Shown: positions 1 to 13,005, counted from the first letter of the stretch. The stretch: DNA of 64,000 nucleotides from Chiloscyllium plagiosum (GCF_004010195.1 NC_057719.1:65413634-65477633), one strand, 5' to 3'. Numbers and translations are program-made. The notes: generated from the letters alone by a model not told the origin.

Positions 1-165
1 AGAGAGGTTAGGTGCCGGCGCATTGCTGTAAGCGTGGAGCGGAGGATCTTGAAGGAGAACCGTTGCTGGTGGTTTTGAATCTGTAGTCTGTACTGTTTGT
101 CCTGTTCGGGTCCGAACTCTGCTGGTTTAAAGGTGGTCCGGAGTCCGTGTGGGATGAGTTTCTTG
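1..165 (-). mobile_element. Penelope-like element ORF, N-terminal fragment running off the window edge
   Basis: Minus strand reads LIPHGLRTTFKPAEFGPEQDKQYRLQIQNHQQRFSFKILRSTLTAMRRHLTS with no stop. It resembles the N-terminus of vertebrate PLE ORFs; retained CpGs suggest a young copy. Confidence 0.65.
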
Positions 166-1382
166 ATGGAGAACCGAAGCCAATTCTTGTTATTCTTTTG
201 ATGTGTTATTGGGGGTGAAAGATAGGCACTTTTAGTTTAAGACTAGCTACAAGCCACACTAGGTACTTGTGTTTTCCACAAACTTTGCAACATTTGTTCG
301 GGTTGTATCAAGTATATGGCATTTAACTACTGGCAGGTCTAAACAGTTGATTCATCATGAAACATCAACCCTCAAACTCCAACTAACTGTGACATTTGTT
401 CTGAGTTCACATTGAATGAATTCCATCTTCCTTCCTTCTTGATGTGTGTTGGTTCCAAGAAATATCTTTGTTTCAAATCTTTCAGGGTGCCAGTGCCTTA
501 TTGTTCCCCCTCATGACCATATGACGACTCCAGAGCTGACATGATTAGTTAGACTAAAATTAATGAATCTTGTCTGACTGATTTAATCTATTACAATCTT
601 TTGACTTTGTGACCTACAGCTTTGCTAGCCACATTATTACATTCTGACAAGATTTAGCACTAACAGTTTGTTTGCTGAATTAACAATCAGATGTCACTTT
701 GTGGCATTTCATCACTTATTCTGAATATTTAGCTAACATTCAGCTGAACCTACTAACCATGCTTTGCAAAGTGTTACATATAGAATGCAATGTTATTAGA
801 TAGACTTCAATTTCTGGCAACTTGACTTCTCTGACAGTACTCTAACTTTAAGAAGAATTTCTAATCTCACAACATTCTTGCCTTGAGGGTGAAGGAACCT
901 GATCCCTCGTAATTAAGGTTGGGAATATTATAATTTTTCCCATGACAATACGCAACAACCTTTTATCATCATTTACATTCAATCTCAGTACCTCTCATAC
1001 TCTCAGCAGCAATTTCTCATTTTGGTATCGTTCACAGCTGTTCCTATTTAAACTCACATATGTGCAAATCTCTCTTTAACTTCCCATGTCTAGATAGAAA
1101 CCTCTCAATGTGCAGTATGAGGTGCATGATTTGAGGTGGTTCTCCCCATCACCTGAGGCCATATGTACTCTGGGACCCCTCAGGCATCCAGTAAAATTTG
1201 AAGGTTTCTCTAGTCCCTTTCTTCCTGGTGTCACTATTGATGTATCTTCCAGAATGAAGACATTGCTGTCATTGTTTCAGTCAAATTTGTTTTGGCTGGC
1301 TCCAGGCCTGGATGCATCATGGTCCCCCTGTAACTACCCTAAACTCTTGTTTGTGATCACAGGTAAAATAGAACACTGACCT

Positions 1383-1514
1383 CATTCCTGATGAAGGGCT
1401 TAGGCCAGAAACATCAATTCTCCTGCTCCTCGGGTGCTGCCTGACCTGCTATGCTTTTCCAGCACTACACTCTTGACTCTGATCTCCAGCAGCTGCAATC
1501 CTCACTTCCTCCTG
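1383..1514 (+). mobile_element. Penelope-derived terminal repeat (family A) with decayed hammerhead motif
   Basis: CTGATGA at 1388-1394, then A-GGGC-TTAG-GCCA-GAAA-CATC and the body gctgcctgacctgct...ttccagcac...ctgca.tcctcact seen in other copies. Flanked by gaacactg (1371-1378, 1515-1522). Confidence 0.8.
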
Positions 1515-1919
1515 GAACACTGGCTTACCCTTATAACAAAAGTACATCAAGTGTAACATTTGTTCTTTACAGATTTTAACTAGTTATTCTGGAACCATTT
1601 CATCTTTAGTACTTGCTTATACCCAAAAGGAACCTTTACTAGGTAAATGGCCAAATTCAATTTGTCACAATTGTTTATGGTCCTCTCTACTTCACATCAA
1701 ATTCATGTTTTGGGGGTACAGTCTTGCAACATTGTATGATATATTGTATGCAGATGGTTTAATATTTAGCCAAATTATGGCTTCATTTGGTTTTGTGACG
1801 TAATCATTTTTCTCACTGCCAATTTGCTTACTTCTGTTATGATCTCAACTGCTGAGTAAGTCAAAGCTGAGAATTAAAATTGACATGAAAGATAATATTT
1901 TTTGAAAAATGTTAATTAA

Positions 1920-2558
1920 CGTGGTGGTTAGTTACTGAAACACAGTTACAAAGGCTGCAGGTTTCTTTATCAACAGAAATGAATTTATTACACAGAATAT
2001 GCAAATAAAAAGCAAACAGAATATCTCAGTATAGAACACAGTTGGAAAATCCTTAAAACACCCAGCAAAACAAAGCTTTGAACTATTTCCCAACACCATC
2101 ACTAACTCAAATTCAGAAAAAAATTATATCTCCGCATTAAAATTTTGAATTCAACTTTTATCTTGTGAAATGTAATTTTGTCTTACATGAATAGTCACAA
2201 AACTCGGAGCTTCGATGTTTTCTGCTTCTAATAACATGAAGATTTTTACCAAGCACTCATGGTCTGGAAGTTGCATATTCTAAACATTTTTTTATTACTG
2301 AAGTTACTCATTCCCTCACCACTATGAAAAAGACCTTTATACTAGGAGAAAGAATATATCTGCTTCTGGCCCCCCTCGTGTCCCTTCCAAATGCTCCTAA
2401 AAAACATTCAATCTCTGGAATGCCCAAGTTAAAATCAATCCTTAGCTATTTAAAACTGAAAACAATCTAATAGACTTCACTATTCACCCTACCTTTCATA
2501 ATCCTCCACAATGCAGTCAATTATCTATCAACACTCAATGGGTTCCCTGCTCCTGACA
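1920..2558 (-). mobile_element. Possible LTR remnant
   Basis: Starts TGTCAGG on the minus strand (cctgaca near 2558) with a minus-strand AATAAA near 1985; general LTR-like layout only. Confidence 0.25.
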
Positions 2559-3702
2559 CATGTGGATAGGTCACTGTCTGGAAGGACTGTCTGACCTACT
2601 TATTTTAAAAATCACATCACCAAAGCAACCAACAAACAAATGTCAGTATTTTACTATCCAAATCCAATGTAAGAATTATTATGATATAATTTCCAAGCCT
2701 CCTAATTATAGACTTACACTGTGCATGATCTGCCTCTCAGTGGGGTCACTCTTGTAGCTCCCTAAGAGGGACTGACAGTCCTGTAACTTCTGAGAAACCT
2801 GCGAAGTCTCCTGTGTGAGAGTACACCTCAGCCTGTATGACATGAAGAGCCTCCGTTACACAATGCAGACACTAGTATACCACTTCAAGCTGCATTGACT
2901 GCAGCTTGACCTGTGCTTTTAAAAATCAACCTGTTCACAATTTTATTGCACACCTCTGAACAGATGAGACTTAAATTCAGGTCTCCTAGCTCAGAGGTAC
3001 TCCACACTACCACTGTATCACTGCTTTATCTGTCCTGTTTGAACTATCCTGTTCAAACAGTTTCACCTGGAACTGTGTGTCACTTGCTCATTGTGCTGCA
3101 CATCGTGATACAGAATTTGTAATTAAATTTAAAGCCCTGTCACTTTTCCAATGTTTAACCAGGTCCTGCATCTGATTAAACTGTCCAATTTCTTTAAATG
3201 GAATACATTTATGCTTCAGTATGCACTTTTGAATCAGGGAATACTACATGCATAACATTGGGTGCTTAACTTGTCCCTATGTGTTTTGCCCAGAGACCTT
3301 TCTTAAAGCCCCACATAGCTTGTACTTTCAAGAGTGGGTATATAATCTGCTACCATTCAGAAGGAGCTCATAGCCAGCTAAATAAATTCTTACTTATGTA
3401 GCTTGCTTCAGCATACTTAATTTGAGTACTAGGCAGGATCGTGGGCTTTCAACATCAGCTGTAATATCTATGATCATGTGTTTACTTTCTTTTAACTTGT
3501 AAGACTTAAGTCAATTACAATCAGATCTGGAGAACTGATCAAAAGAGACTTCTAATTCAGCCTAACTACAAACGATATTGGGTAATTGTGTATTTACAAA
3601 GATTTACAAAATTTATTAAGGCTATCACAAGTCCATAAATATAATGCTTAACAAACAGCAGTAGTAAGCATTCACATTTGATACACATTGTGATTTTCTG
3701 CA

Positions 3703-4002
3703 TGTTAGTCTTTATAAAATATAGTTCTTGTTGAGACAGATGTCGTGAGGTTTATTAATAACACTAACTATTTACACAGCTACAATATCACAGACTTGCA
3801 CACTTAGTCTGGGTTCTGTGCTTATTGATTTTACATCACATTACATTGCTGAATGGCTGAAAACATGACATGGATTTTACAACACAGATGGTACCTCTTT
3901 ACCAGAATGTCACATGTTGTGATGTTATGCAATTGTCTTAAAGGTATTGTATCTGTGTGGTCTGGAATCTATACCATAATACAGCATTCTCCCTTTCCCT
4001 TT
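3703..4002 (-). mobile_element. Gypsy 3' LTR (about 3703-3983) with adjacent polypurine tract
   Basis: TGT...ACA ends, minus-strand AATAAA at 3751-3756, and minus-strand purine run aaagggaaagggagaa next to the LTR. Lies downstream of integrase remnants on the same strand. Confidence 0.5.
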
Positions 4003-4249
4003 AAAGAATGGAAACTCTTTTTCAATTATGAGTACAAAAATGCACATAGATTTATTATCCCTATACATTCAGATAATGTTGTGTTATCTGATCCTTATGC
4101 AGTTATCACACCTTGGCAAGATAGTTTCAGTCTGCAGTGTACTGTATTCCATTATGAATTAATGTATATCATTTGTTTTGGATGTGTGATTGTTATTAAT
4201 TCTTTCCAAGTATTCAAGTTATCATCCTATATGAGGGACAGTTGATGAT

Positions 4250-4450
4250 GTGCAGATGAATATTTTGATTATGTCTCTTTCTCTTTGCACAACTTGGTCA
4301 TTGTTCATTACAACTTCATATGACCTAGGCTGGATGCAACAACATAGTTTTTTCTCCATAAATCCACATGTTTGTATAGATCTCTGAAACCTGCAGGCTT
4401 TGTCCTGGTTGAAACTGGGATAACTGTCTGCATGCTCAATGATTATACTC
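4250..4450 (-). pseudogene. Gypsy integrase C-terminal remnant
   Basis: Minus strand reads QPRSYEVVMNNDQVVQR, matching the PRSY-x-V...RRNRRH motif at the end of Gypsy integrases. Confidence 0.6.
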
Positions 4451-4783
4451 CTGTACCATTATACTCCTGCACCATGCAGATATGGTTGGGTGGTGAGGGT
4501 GTGGGAGGGAAGAATGTGTGTGGATGCAAACATGAGACTAAATTGTTGCCTAGAGGAGTCGCACATAACTTTAAATAGCTATCGGAGAATCTTGGCGAGT
4601 CACATTACCTTTAATTATCATGGAGTTTATAATACTTACAATGTTTTGTGAGACCATTTCACTGAGGGTAGTGAGGAGAAGAGGTAATACATTAAACACC
4701 CTTTTTCCTGCATATATCTTGGAAGGGTGTATTAGTGTACTGTGGACCATCATTGGACAGGTTTTGTTGAGATACGCCATACA

Positions 4784-5082
4784 CGCTGATGAAGGGATTA
4801 TGCCTGAAACATTGACTGTCCTGTTCCTTGGATGCTGCCTGACCTGCTGTGCTTTTCAAGCGCCAAAATGTTTGACTCTGACTCTCCGGCATCTGCCGTC
4901 CTCACTTCCTCCTAGTTGTTGAAAACCTCATTGTGAAACCTCTTCCAAGGATGCTCACCCTGAAGACGTTCTCCTCCTCCCTCAACATTCCTGATGGAGG
5001 GCTTATGCCTGAAATGTTAACTCTCCTGCTGCTCGTATGCTGCCTGACCTGCTGTACTTTTCCAGCACCATGCTTTTCAGCA
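4784..5082 (+). mobile_element. Tandem Penelope terminal repeats (family A) with a short ORF-start-like segment between them
   Basis: Hammerhead-like cores at 4786 (CTGATGA) and 4991 (CTGATGG). The first copy continues into RMLTLKTFSSSL, which resembles a PLE ORF start. Confidence 0.8.
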
Positions 5083-5101
5083 CTGAGTATGTGTCAAGTA
5101 T

Positions 5102-5408
5102 GGGGGCGGCACGGTGGCACAGTGGTTAGCACTGTTGCCTCACAGCACCAGGGACCACGGTTCAATTCCAGCCTTGGGTGACTGTCTGTGTGTATTTGCG
5201 CATTCTCCCTGTGTCTGCGTGGGTTTCCCTGGGTGCTCCAGTTTCCTCCCACAGTCCAAAGATGTACAGGTTAGGTGAATTGGCCATGCTAAATTGCCCG
5301 TAGTGTTAGGTGCATTAGTCAGGGGTGAATGTAGGGGAATGGGTCTGGGTGGGTTTCTCTTTGTAGGGTTGGTGGACTTGTTTCCACACTGTAGGGAATC
5401 TAATCTAT
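5102..5408 (+). mobile_element. HE1-type tRNA-derived V-SINE
   Basis: A box TGGCACAGTGG, B box GGTTCAATTCC, V-domain ttctccctgtgtctgcgtgggtttcc...cctcccacagtccaaagatgt, tail tgtttccacactgtagggaatctaatct. Confidence 0.9.
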
Positions 5409-5794
5409 ATGGTCAATGCGCCAAAAGCTGGTGATTTATTACGAAAAAGGGAATTTGGTAAAATAACCAATCACTCTAATATAACTGTGTAGTTGGCCAT
5501 GGAAAATATCAGCATGGAGCTTGCACCATAGAGTGGAAGGAATCCCATGGGGAAGGAAAAGTTCTCTCAATTGTTGATGTTGATAGAATTGATATGTTTC
5601 ACGTGACTTGATGCAATGATATATGCCCTTATTAATGCTGGGCATACATATACATTCTCGAGCCAATCTCTTGGTCTTCTTCTGAGCTTGTGACTGTGGT
5701 CCAGCATGTCTTGATGTAGAGCTTGTAGAGTTATGACTTATTTGCCCTTGAAGAGTCCTAGTTCATTTCTGACTGACCAAAACGATTGTAAGGG

Positions 5795-5838
5795 TAAAGT
5801 TGTTATAATCTTACCAGACAACAGGGCTGCTCTCTCAT

Positions 5839-5873
<35 letters not shown>

Positions 5874-6034
5874 GGCTGGTTGTGGTTTAACCTGAGGGTC
5901 ACTGTGCCTCATGTGAGGAGAAAGGTTGAAAAAGGGATTGCTAATGACCTCAGCCAATGAAGGAATTTCACCCATCCTGTTGGCATCACTTTGTATTGCA
6001 AACCAGTCATCCAACTGCGCTAAATCGAGCCCCT
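5795..6034 (-). mobile_element. tRNA-derived SINE (non-HE1 family)
   Basis: Minus strand starts ggggctcgatttagcgcagttgg (A-box-like) with gggtgaaattcc (B-box-like). It interrupts the Gypsy pol. Confidence 0.6.
5841..5872. repeat. (GA)16 microsatellite
   Basis: Directly visible. Confidence 0.97.
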
Positions 6035-6298
6035 TAAAAAAGATGTTCTAGCTCAGGGACTTGAAGGATTCATTCAGGTCACCTAATGATCATGGCCCAT
6101 TTGAGCCCTGCAGTTGGTCAACATCTAATGTAGCTTCCTAAATCAGCTTTGTTTCACCGTGATCAAAGTCTTTGAGCCTGAGTCTAGTGATTTCTCACCT
6201 TGTGAATGGTGATTACATAAAGATCTGTGCAAACTGGCAGACCAATAATAGTTAGTCTGTTTGTTTTGATGATGTAAATGTTTTTGGGTGCTTCTGTC

Positions 6299-7237
6299 TG
6301 TTACGACATGGGATAAACCCCTCTGCTAATTTAACCCCGACACACAGAGAAGCTCACCTCCTGCTGGAATCTGTTAAATTTTGAGAGGCAAAGAACCATC
6401 CCAGAGGTCACTATTTAAAGTAAAAGTTAACAATTTTATTCTTTAAGTTTAACAGAGAACATTAAAACAACAGCTTTTTACAACTTCCTTCTCTTACACC
6501 TATCTTTTACGTGCCATTCTACAATACTGGTCTGATAAATCCTGATTAAGATTCACAAAAAAGATATATTTCAAAACCCAGTCAGCTTTGTCGAGTCTCC
6601 TTTGTAGATTTGCCTCTGTGGATTCTCTCCAGGTCAGCCTCGATGTTCTGCTGCGCAAACTTGTTATAGCCAGGTACCTTTCAGAGAGCTCTTCAGCTAG
6701 CAGTCTATATATGTGGATGTCCTTGGCAGTTCTCCCTCGAACTGTTCAAAATGTCCATAAGACGATAAGACCATAAGACATAGGAGCGGAAGTAAGGCCA
6801 TTCGGCCCATCGAGTCCACTCCGCCATGGCTGATAGGCATTTCAACTCCACTTACCCGCATTCTCCCCGTAGCCCTTAATTCCTTGCGACATCAAGAATT
6901 TATCAATTTCTGCCTTGAAGACATTTAGCGTCCCAGCCTCCACTGCACTTTGTGGCAGTCCAGTTTAATACTCCAAAACATCAGATTGTTTCATTGGTTT
7001 TAATATTGTCAAAACACTAAATTCAAATTTGATTGGATTTTGGTATCTTGGGGCATAATTTAAACTGATTAGCCAAATTTGAGTTTGTTTTTGTTTCATG
7101 GCAACTCATCTGCAGCTATTTGTTTTGACCAAGTGTTATATTTTTACTTTGTTCAGGATTCTCTGTGCTTTGTCAGTCCTTGCTCGCTTTTCAACTCTCT
7201 TAAAGGTACAGTACACTTCTACACCTTTATTACGTCA
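6299..7237. mobile_element. Probable solo LTR, interrupted by a CR1 tail
   Basis: Begins TGTTACGAC and ends CA; flanked by ttctgtc on both sides (6292-6298, 7238-7244). Confidence 0.55.
6758..6957 (-). mobile_element. CR1 LINE 3' end (family with the tcttatgg tail), young
   Basis: ataagaccataagacataggagcggaagtaaggccattcggcccatcgag is the reverse complement of a CR1 3' UTR; CpGs retained. gtcca at 6753-6757 and 6958-6962 is a possible TSD. Confidence 0.85.
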
Positions 7238-7569
7238 TTCTGTCACTTGTGCAGAACTTTTAACTAAAACACAAGTGAACTTATCTCATGCTTTGAAAGC
7301 TATGTTACATGCAGAATGAAATGTTAATAGATAGACTTCAATTGATGATAATTGGGTCTAACAATCCTATTTTCATAATATGAAAATTTAACTGAACAAT
7401 TTCTGTACCGTTCAGCCCATAAAGCTGTTCCCTGGCCAACATCTGTGTTTCAACTTGCTGCAATGTTGCAGCAAAGCTCAGCATAAACTGGAATAAAGCA
7501 CCCCATTTTCTGTTTGGGAACTCTGCAAAATTCAGGGATCAATATTGAGTTCAATAATTTTCATGTTTT

Positions 7570-7885
7570 ATGTTAACCCTCACACATCAGACCTTGTCAT
7601 CATATGTGCTGCTACCACAAACAATGGTCCTCATTAGCAGCTATTCATTCTCCCAGGTTGACTTTTATCCATTCTTTTGTCTGCCTAACTGTTCCTCTCT
7701 CCAACTATTGTTTACCCTTTCCCCCACTCCAACTTCAACCAAAGCATCAACCTTTTTCTTATTAAAATCAATTCAGAAAAAGGGCCTCTGGATCCAAAAT
7801 ATTAACTCTGCTTTCTCTGGCAGATGTTGCCAGACTTGCTGAGTTTCTCCAGCAATTTCTGGGTTTCGTTTCTGATTTCCAGTTC
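7570..7885 (+). mobile_element. Older Penelope-derived 3' region and terminal repeat (family C)
   Basis: ttaactctgctttctct..cagatgttgccagacttgctgagtttctccagc is shared with the copies at 10360, 34450 and 62825. Confidence 0.6.
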
Positions 7886-7939
7886 TTTGGGGGTTTTTCC
7901 TCACACCTTTCAATGTGCATTCTTGGACAAGAAAAGTTG

Positions 7940-8420
7940 ATTGTCCTTCATTACTTAGTGGCTTTAATACCATAGAATATCCCAAGACTCTTCACAAGAC
8001 CAATATCAAACAAAATTTGACATTAAATCACATAAGGAGATAATAAAACAAATTACCAAAATCATGGTCTCTGGTACAGGCTTAATTATCTGGTGTACAG
8101 TTGAAGATTCAAAGGTTTATAGAGGCAATTCCAGAGCTTGAGGCTATGCATAACCACCGTGGTGGAGAAGTTAAAATTGGGAATGGGCAAAATGCCAGAA
8201 TTTGGGACCCCGAAAGGGCTGGAGGATGTTTCAGGCTGATAGGGGGTGGGGCAAAGACATGGATAGATATGTAACAAGTTGAAGTATTGTTGAACTGGGA
8301 GACAATGTAGATCAGAGAGCACAGGTGAAATGAATGAATAGGACTTGGTGTGAGTTGAGATAAGAGCTGCAGAGTTTTCAGCGATTTGAAATTATGTAGA
8401 GAAGAAGTTGGGGGTTGTTG
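7940..8420 (-). mobile_element. L2-type LINE 3' fragment
   Basis: ORF 8086-8322 begins LSDLHCLPVQQY, matching the L2 C-terminal motif LxxLHWLPVxxRI. Confidence 0.65.
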
Positions 8421-10359
8421 AAAATTTTCCCATTGTCAGCTAAATACTAAAACTGTTAATTATTAGAATTAATTTTCTATGGTGAGTTCAATGGGCAATT
8501 AATGCACAAATACAATAGCTGCATGAAACTCACTGGGAGGTTAATGGCAAGATATGACTTGCAGAATTTATTGCAGAGCAATACAAACATCCAGCAACTT
8601 GTAAGCATTCCTGTTTTAATTACTTCACAATTGGCAGCCATATATTCATTGCCACAACTCATAACTTTTGAACTCCCTCCCTAAGTAACTCCAATGCCTT
8701 TTCATTTAAATATACTTATACTTGGAACAGTATTTTTCAAACAGTAAAACAATTTCCACCATTTATTATTTGCAGACTTAGTAGTTCTGTGTTTATTTGG
8801 AAGTAATTTTTGTCTGACAGTTATGCGTTCCCCAAAGAGAAATCAGTGAGTACAAGCTGTAGGTTTGAATTAAGCCCATTTTGTTATCAGCATCTCAAGT
8901 GCAACACCATATTTCAGCAAATTAATTCTTTTGTCTTTTATTACATTTTACGATGGGTTTTGTTTATGTGTTCTTGAAAGGTACCAATGCTTATGTTACA
9001 GAATCTTTCCACTTCTTATATGCGAGGCAATAAACCCTCACCCTTTGAAATGTAAGCAGATACTGTGGATAAAACTGCTCTTGGCCAACAATGGACTTAG
9101 AAAGGCAACTTCTGTTGATTCAGCCACCAGCATTTCTACACCACTCAACTCATGGCCTTTGTCAGTGAGGATCTGAATCAGCAGCTTAATTGTGGTCAGT
9201 TTGGTTCTGTCATAACCACTATAATTAACTCAGCATCTTTAAATATGCCGCATATGGAATCAACAGCATCTACCTACAAAAACAAAAAGACATCTAACCC
9301 AATCGTGTGAGCTAGCGTCATGTCTGTTCGTAGGTGTGCTGTAACCTTTCATAATATCAAATCCAAAGTACTTTTCCAATTAAACTTTAAACTTTAAATA
9401 GCTCCATACCCATGACATTCAGACTCTCAACAATTGTAACAGGAAGGAAAAGACCATCAATGGAGTGTATGTTGAATGGACTGCATTAGCACATTGTGAC
9501 TGTAAGATTGAGATTGAAAAGTTGTGTATGCAAGCAGGAACTAGTTATTATCCTGTTAGTTTTGTTCAACATGACTGTGTTTGAGGTGTTGACTGTGTTG
9601 TGCTAGATAACAGCCTCAAATTGTACAATAACTATTACACTCACAATACCATATGCTCATACGTAACCTAAATCCTGAAATTTTCCCTTGTTCTTTTACT
9701 TTACATAAACGTATAATGTTAAATTTAGTCTTGAAAACGTCTAGTTTTTTATTAGTATGATTTACCATCCAATTTTTAATTTTAGGAGTTGAGAGTGTTA
9801 GCTGTAAGATAAATGAAAAATCTTGATTGAGGAACTGTAATAAATTTGAAGTGCAAGTCATTCAAATAAACCGGGAATTAATTACAGTTAAAAGCTATCC
9901 TAGAGGGAGAGGTGTAAACACTTGAATAATGTCTGCCCACTTATGGATGGTCCATCCAGAGCAAAAAGGTGTCAAATGCCTACTCCATTTCATCTCTCCT
10001 TCCTCCTAAGATGTGGCCCTCAAAAGTCTAGTGATGCAGGCTGCACCCATATGAAATCAAATTGTGGATGATGCAACAGGCTACCACGAAACTGGGCACG
10101 TGCTCTGCTGCTACTGCATTGCTTTATGGACCTACTTTGCTCAGTGAAGGAACTTGGGGAAGTTAAAAGCCTCCTGGCAATTTCAAACTGTGAAATGTAA
10201 TTGAAGGGAGGAGAAAATTGACCACATTGCAGAAAATGAAGCAAATTACAATGAAATATGTACATTGGAAATGTTGGCTCATTTTGATTTTATCAAATAA
10301 TGTAAGGTAGATGATACCACATCATAACATCTTTCATTCTCGGTCAATAGGAATAAAAA

Positions 10360-10535
10360 TCAGGAGAGATAAAGAAGAGTTAACATTTTGAGTTCAGTGA
10401 CTCTATTACAGTCACTGGGCTTGGAACATTTACTCTATTTCACCTCCATAGATGCTGCCAGAACTATTGAGTTTCTCCAGCAATCTCTGTTTTTAATCAT
10501 TTCAGACCTTCAGCATCCACAGTTCTTTGTTTTAT
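10360..10535. mobile_element. Older Penelope terminal repeat (family C), inverted pair
   Basis: gagttaacattttgagttcagtgac and gtcactgggcttggaacatttactc form an imperfect inverted repeat, followed by the family C body. Confidence 0.6.
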
Positions 10536-11379
10536 TGTATAATAGAAGACACTGGTGGCTCAGTATCGTTTATTTTATAGTACTCAATCAAAATCATCTC
10601 CTTTAAAAAAAAGTTACTTCAGCGGATGAAACCTGTGGTTGTTGGGGACTTGAATGAGCATGTATAAAGGAGTATAAAAGACTCTAACTCTAACTTGAAT
10701 CAGCTGATTAAAACTATAATATGCAATAGAGAGTCATGTGTGAACAATGTTTATCCCAGCTGCTCAAGGCCACAGTTATTAGTGACAGTATCGCCTACAG
10801 AATAAACATCCACCTAATCCAGATAATTGCACCTAACAAACAGTTCAGTGGGTTTGCTGCAGGTAAATTGGTTGCACATGCTTGGCTGAGTGCTCAAACA
10901 GCTGGAGTTTGTTGGTTTGTGGCTGTGATCTAGTGGGTTATTGTAACAGAGACAGTGCAGAATGCTCCCTGCTGGGTACAAATGACATTCATTTAATTGA
11001 GAGACTACGGGGACCGTTCTAATAGGATATTCCTTTTCTGAAAGTGTTTTATCAATTGTTCACAGTTATGACTGAAATTGTAAATAAAGGAATCTTTTGC
11101 TTCATCTCCGTCCTCATGCAATGATAAAAGAATTTTTATGTGCTTTTTCAGGAAGCCAGGATTTTACATCATCCCCACCCACATTCTGATTCATTGTCAG
11201 TGAGTCTGGGATCCAGGGAGAATCTGCTACTGATACTGCAGACTCCTCTTGCAGTGCTAGATCCTCAAGATTTAAAATGCATCAAGGATTGATTTGGCCA
11301 CATCAGTTATCCTCTTTGAAATCTACACTGAGTGAACAACATTTGATTAAACAGAAGTACTGCACTAGCTGGATACTTA

Positions 11380-11480
11380 AAATAAAAAAAAAACTGTAGA
11401 AATTCAGCAGCTCTGGCCAAATCTAGAGAGAGAGGAAAACAAAGTTAACATTTTGAGTTCAATATGAATCTCCTAAAGAA
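11380..11480 (-). mobile_element. Older Penelope terminal repeat fragment (family C)
   Basis: tcagcagctctggc...aaagttaacattttgagttca resembles the reverse complement of family C. Confidence 0.45.
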
Positions 11481-11756
11481 TAAATCAGACTTTGCCGACC
11501 ACAAGGTATTTTTAAAGGCACTAAATTAGGCCAGGCATTAGTTTATACAAATCCAGCCACACTCTCCCCACACCAGAAGTAAGGTCTGGACAGGAAGGCG
11601 CAGGGTCAACCTTTCCAACTTCCCAGGGTACTTGTGGATCACTTCAGGGCCTCAACCAAAATTAATCTCCATCCATGATTGAAAAGTCGCTCAATGGCTG
11701 CCAGAATTTAATGACCATGCCTAGTTGCCCTTGAGAAAGTATTGGTGTCTGCTTTA

Positions 11757-12872
11757 GAGTCAGAGAATCATAGAGATGTACAACTCGGAAACAGACCCTT
11801 TGGTCCAACTCGTCCATGCTGACCAGATATCCCAATTCAGTCTAGTCCCACCTGCCAGCACCTAGCCCAAATCCCTCCATATCCTTCCTATTCATATACC
11901 CATCCAGATGTCTTTTAAATGTTGCAGTTGTACCAGCCTCAACCACTACCTCTGGCAGCCCATTCCATACACGTTACACCCTCTGCGCAAAAACGTTGCC
12001 CCTTAGGTCTCTTCTATATCTTTCCTCTCTCACCTTAAACCTATGCCCTCTAGTTCTGGACTCCCCAACCCCAGGGAAAATATCTTGTCTATTTACCCTA
12101 TCCATGCCCCTCATGATTTTATAAACCTCTGCAAGGTCACCCCACAGGCTCCGATGCTCCGGGGAAAACAGCCCCAGCCTATTCAACCTCTCCCTATAGC
12201 TCAAAATCTTCCAACCCTGGCAACATTCTGAACCCTTTCAAGTTTCACAACATCCGTCCAATAGAAAGGAGACCAGAATTGCACACAATACTCCAAAAGT
12301 GGTCTAACCATTGTTCTGACTAGTCACAATATGACCTCCCAACTCCTGTACTCAATACTCTGACCAATAAAGGAAAGCATACCAAACGCCTTCTTCACTA
12401 TCCTATCTATCTGTCACTTCACTTTCATGGAGCTATGAATCTGCACTCCAAGGCCTCTGTTCAGCAACACTCGTCAGGACCTTACCATTGAGTGTATAGG
12501 TCCTGTGATGATTTACTTTCCCAAAATGCATCACCTTGCATTTATCGATATTAAACTCCACCTGCCACTCCTCAGCCCATTGACTCATCTGATTAAGATC
12601 CCGTTGTAATCAGAGGTAACCTTCTTCACTGCCCAGTACACCTCCAATTTTGGTGTCATCTGCAAACTTACTAACTATACCTCTTATGCTCACGTCCAAA
12701 TCATTTATATAAATGATGAAAAGTAGTGGATCCAGCACCGATCCTTGTGGCACTCCACTGGTCACAGGCCTCCAGTGTAAAAAACAACCCTCCACCACCA
12801 CCTTCTGTCTTCTACCTTTGTGCCAGTTCTGTATCTAAAGGGCTAGTTCTCCCTGTATTCCATGATATCTAA
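11757..12872 (-). mobile_element. CR1 LINE, 5'-truncated (RT C-half and 3' UTR)
   Basis: TSGVPQGSVL...YINDLD...KFADDTK and LSYRERLNRLGLFS; (ctctatga)-type tail at about 11757-11780. Confidence 0.95.
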
Positions 12873-13005
12873 CCTCTTGAACTGCTGCAGTGCATGTGCA
12901 GTATGAGGGAGTTTGAGCCAATGACATTGAAGGCATAGCAATATATTTTTAAGCCAGGATGTTGCGTGACGTGGAGGGTAATTTTCAGGTGGAGGTTGTG
13001 GTGAC

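Larger units (their letters stand above)
5420..6250 (-). pseudogene. Decayed Gypsy pol (linker, zinc finger and integrase core start), split by a SINE
   Basis: ORF 5439-5666 ARECICMPSINKGI...PHGIPSTLWCKLHADIF...YIRVIGYFTKFP matches the ARxxxYWP...PWxKxxADLF...VDYFSKFP pattern. Linker-like remnant at 6040-6180. Confidence 0.75.
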
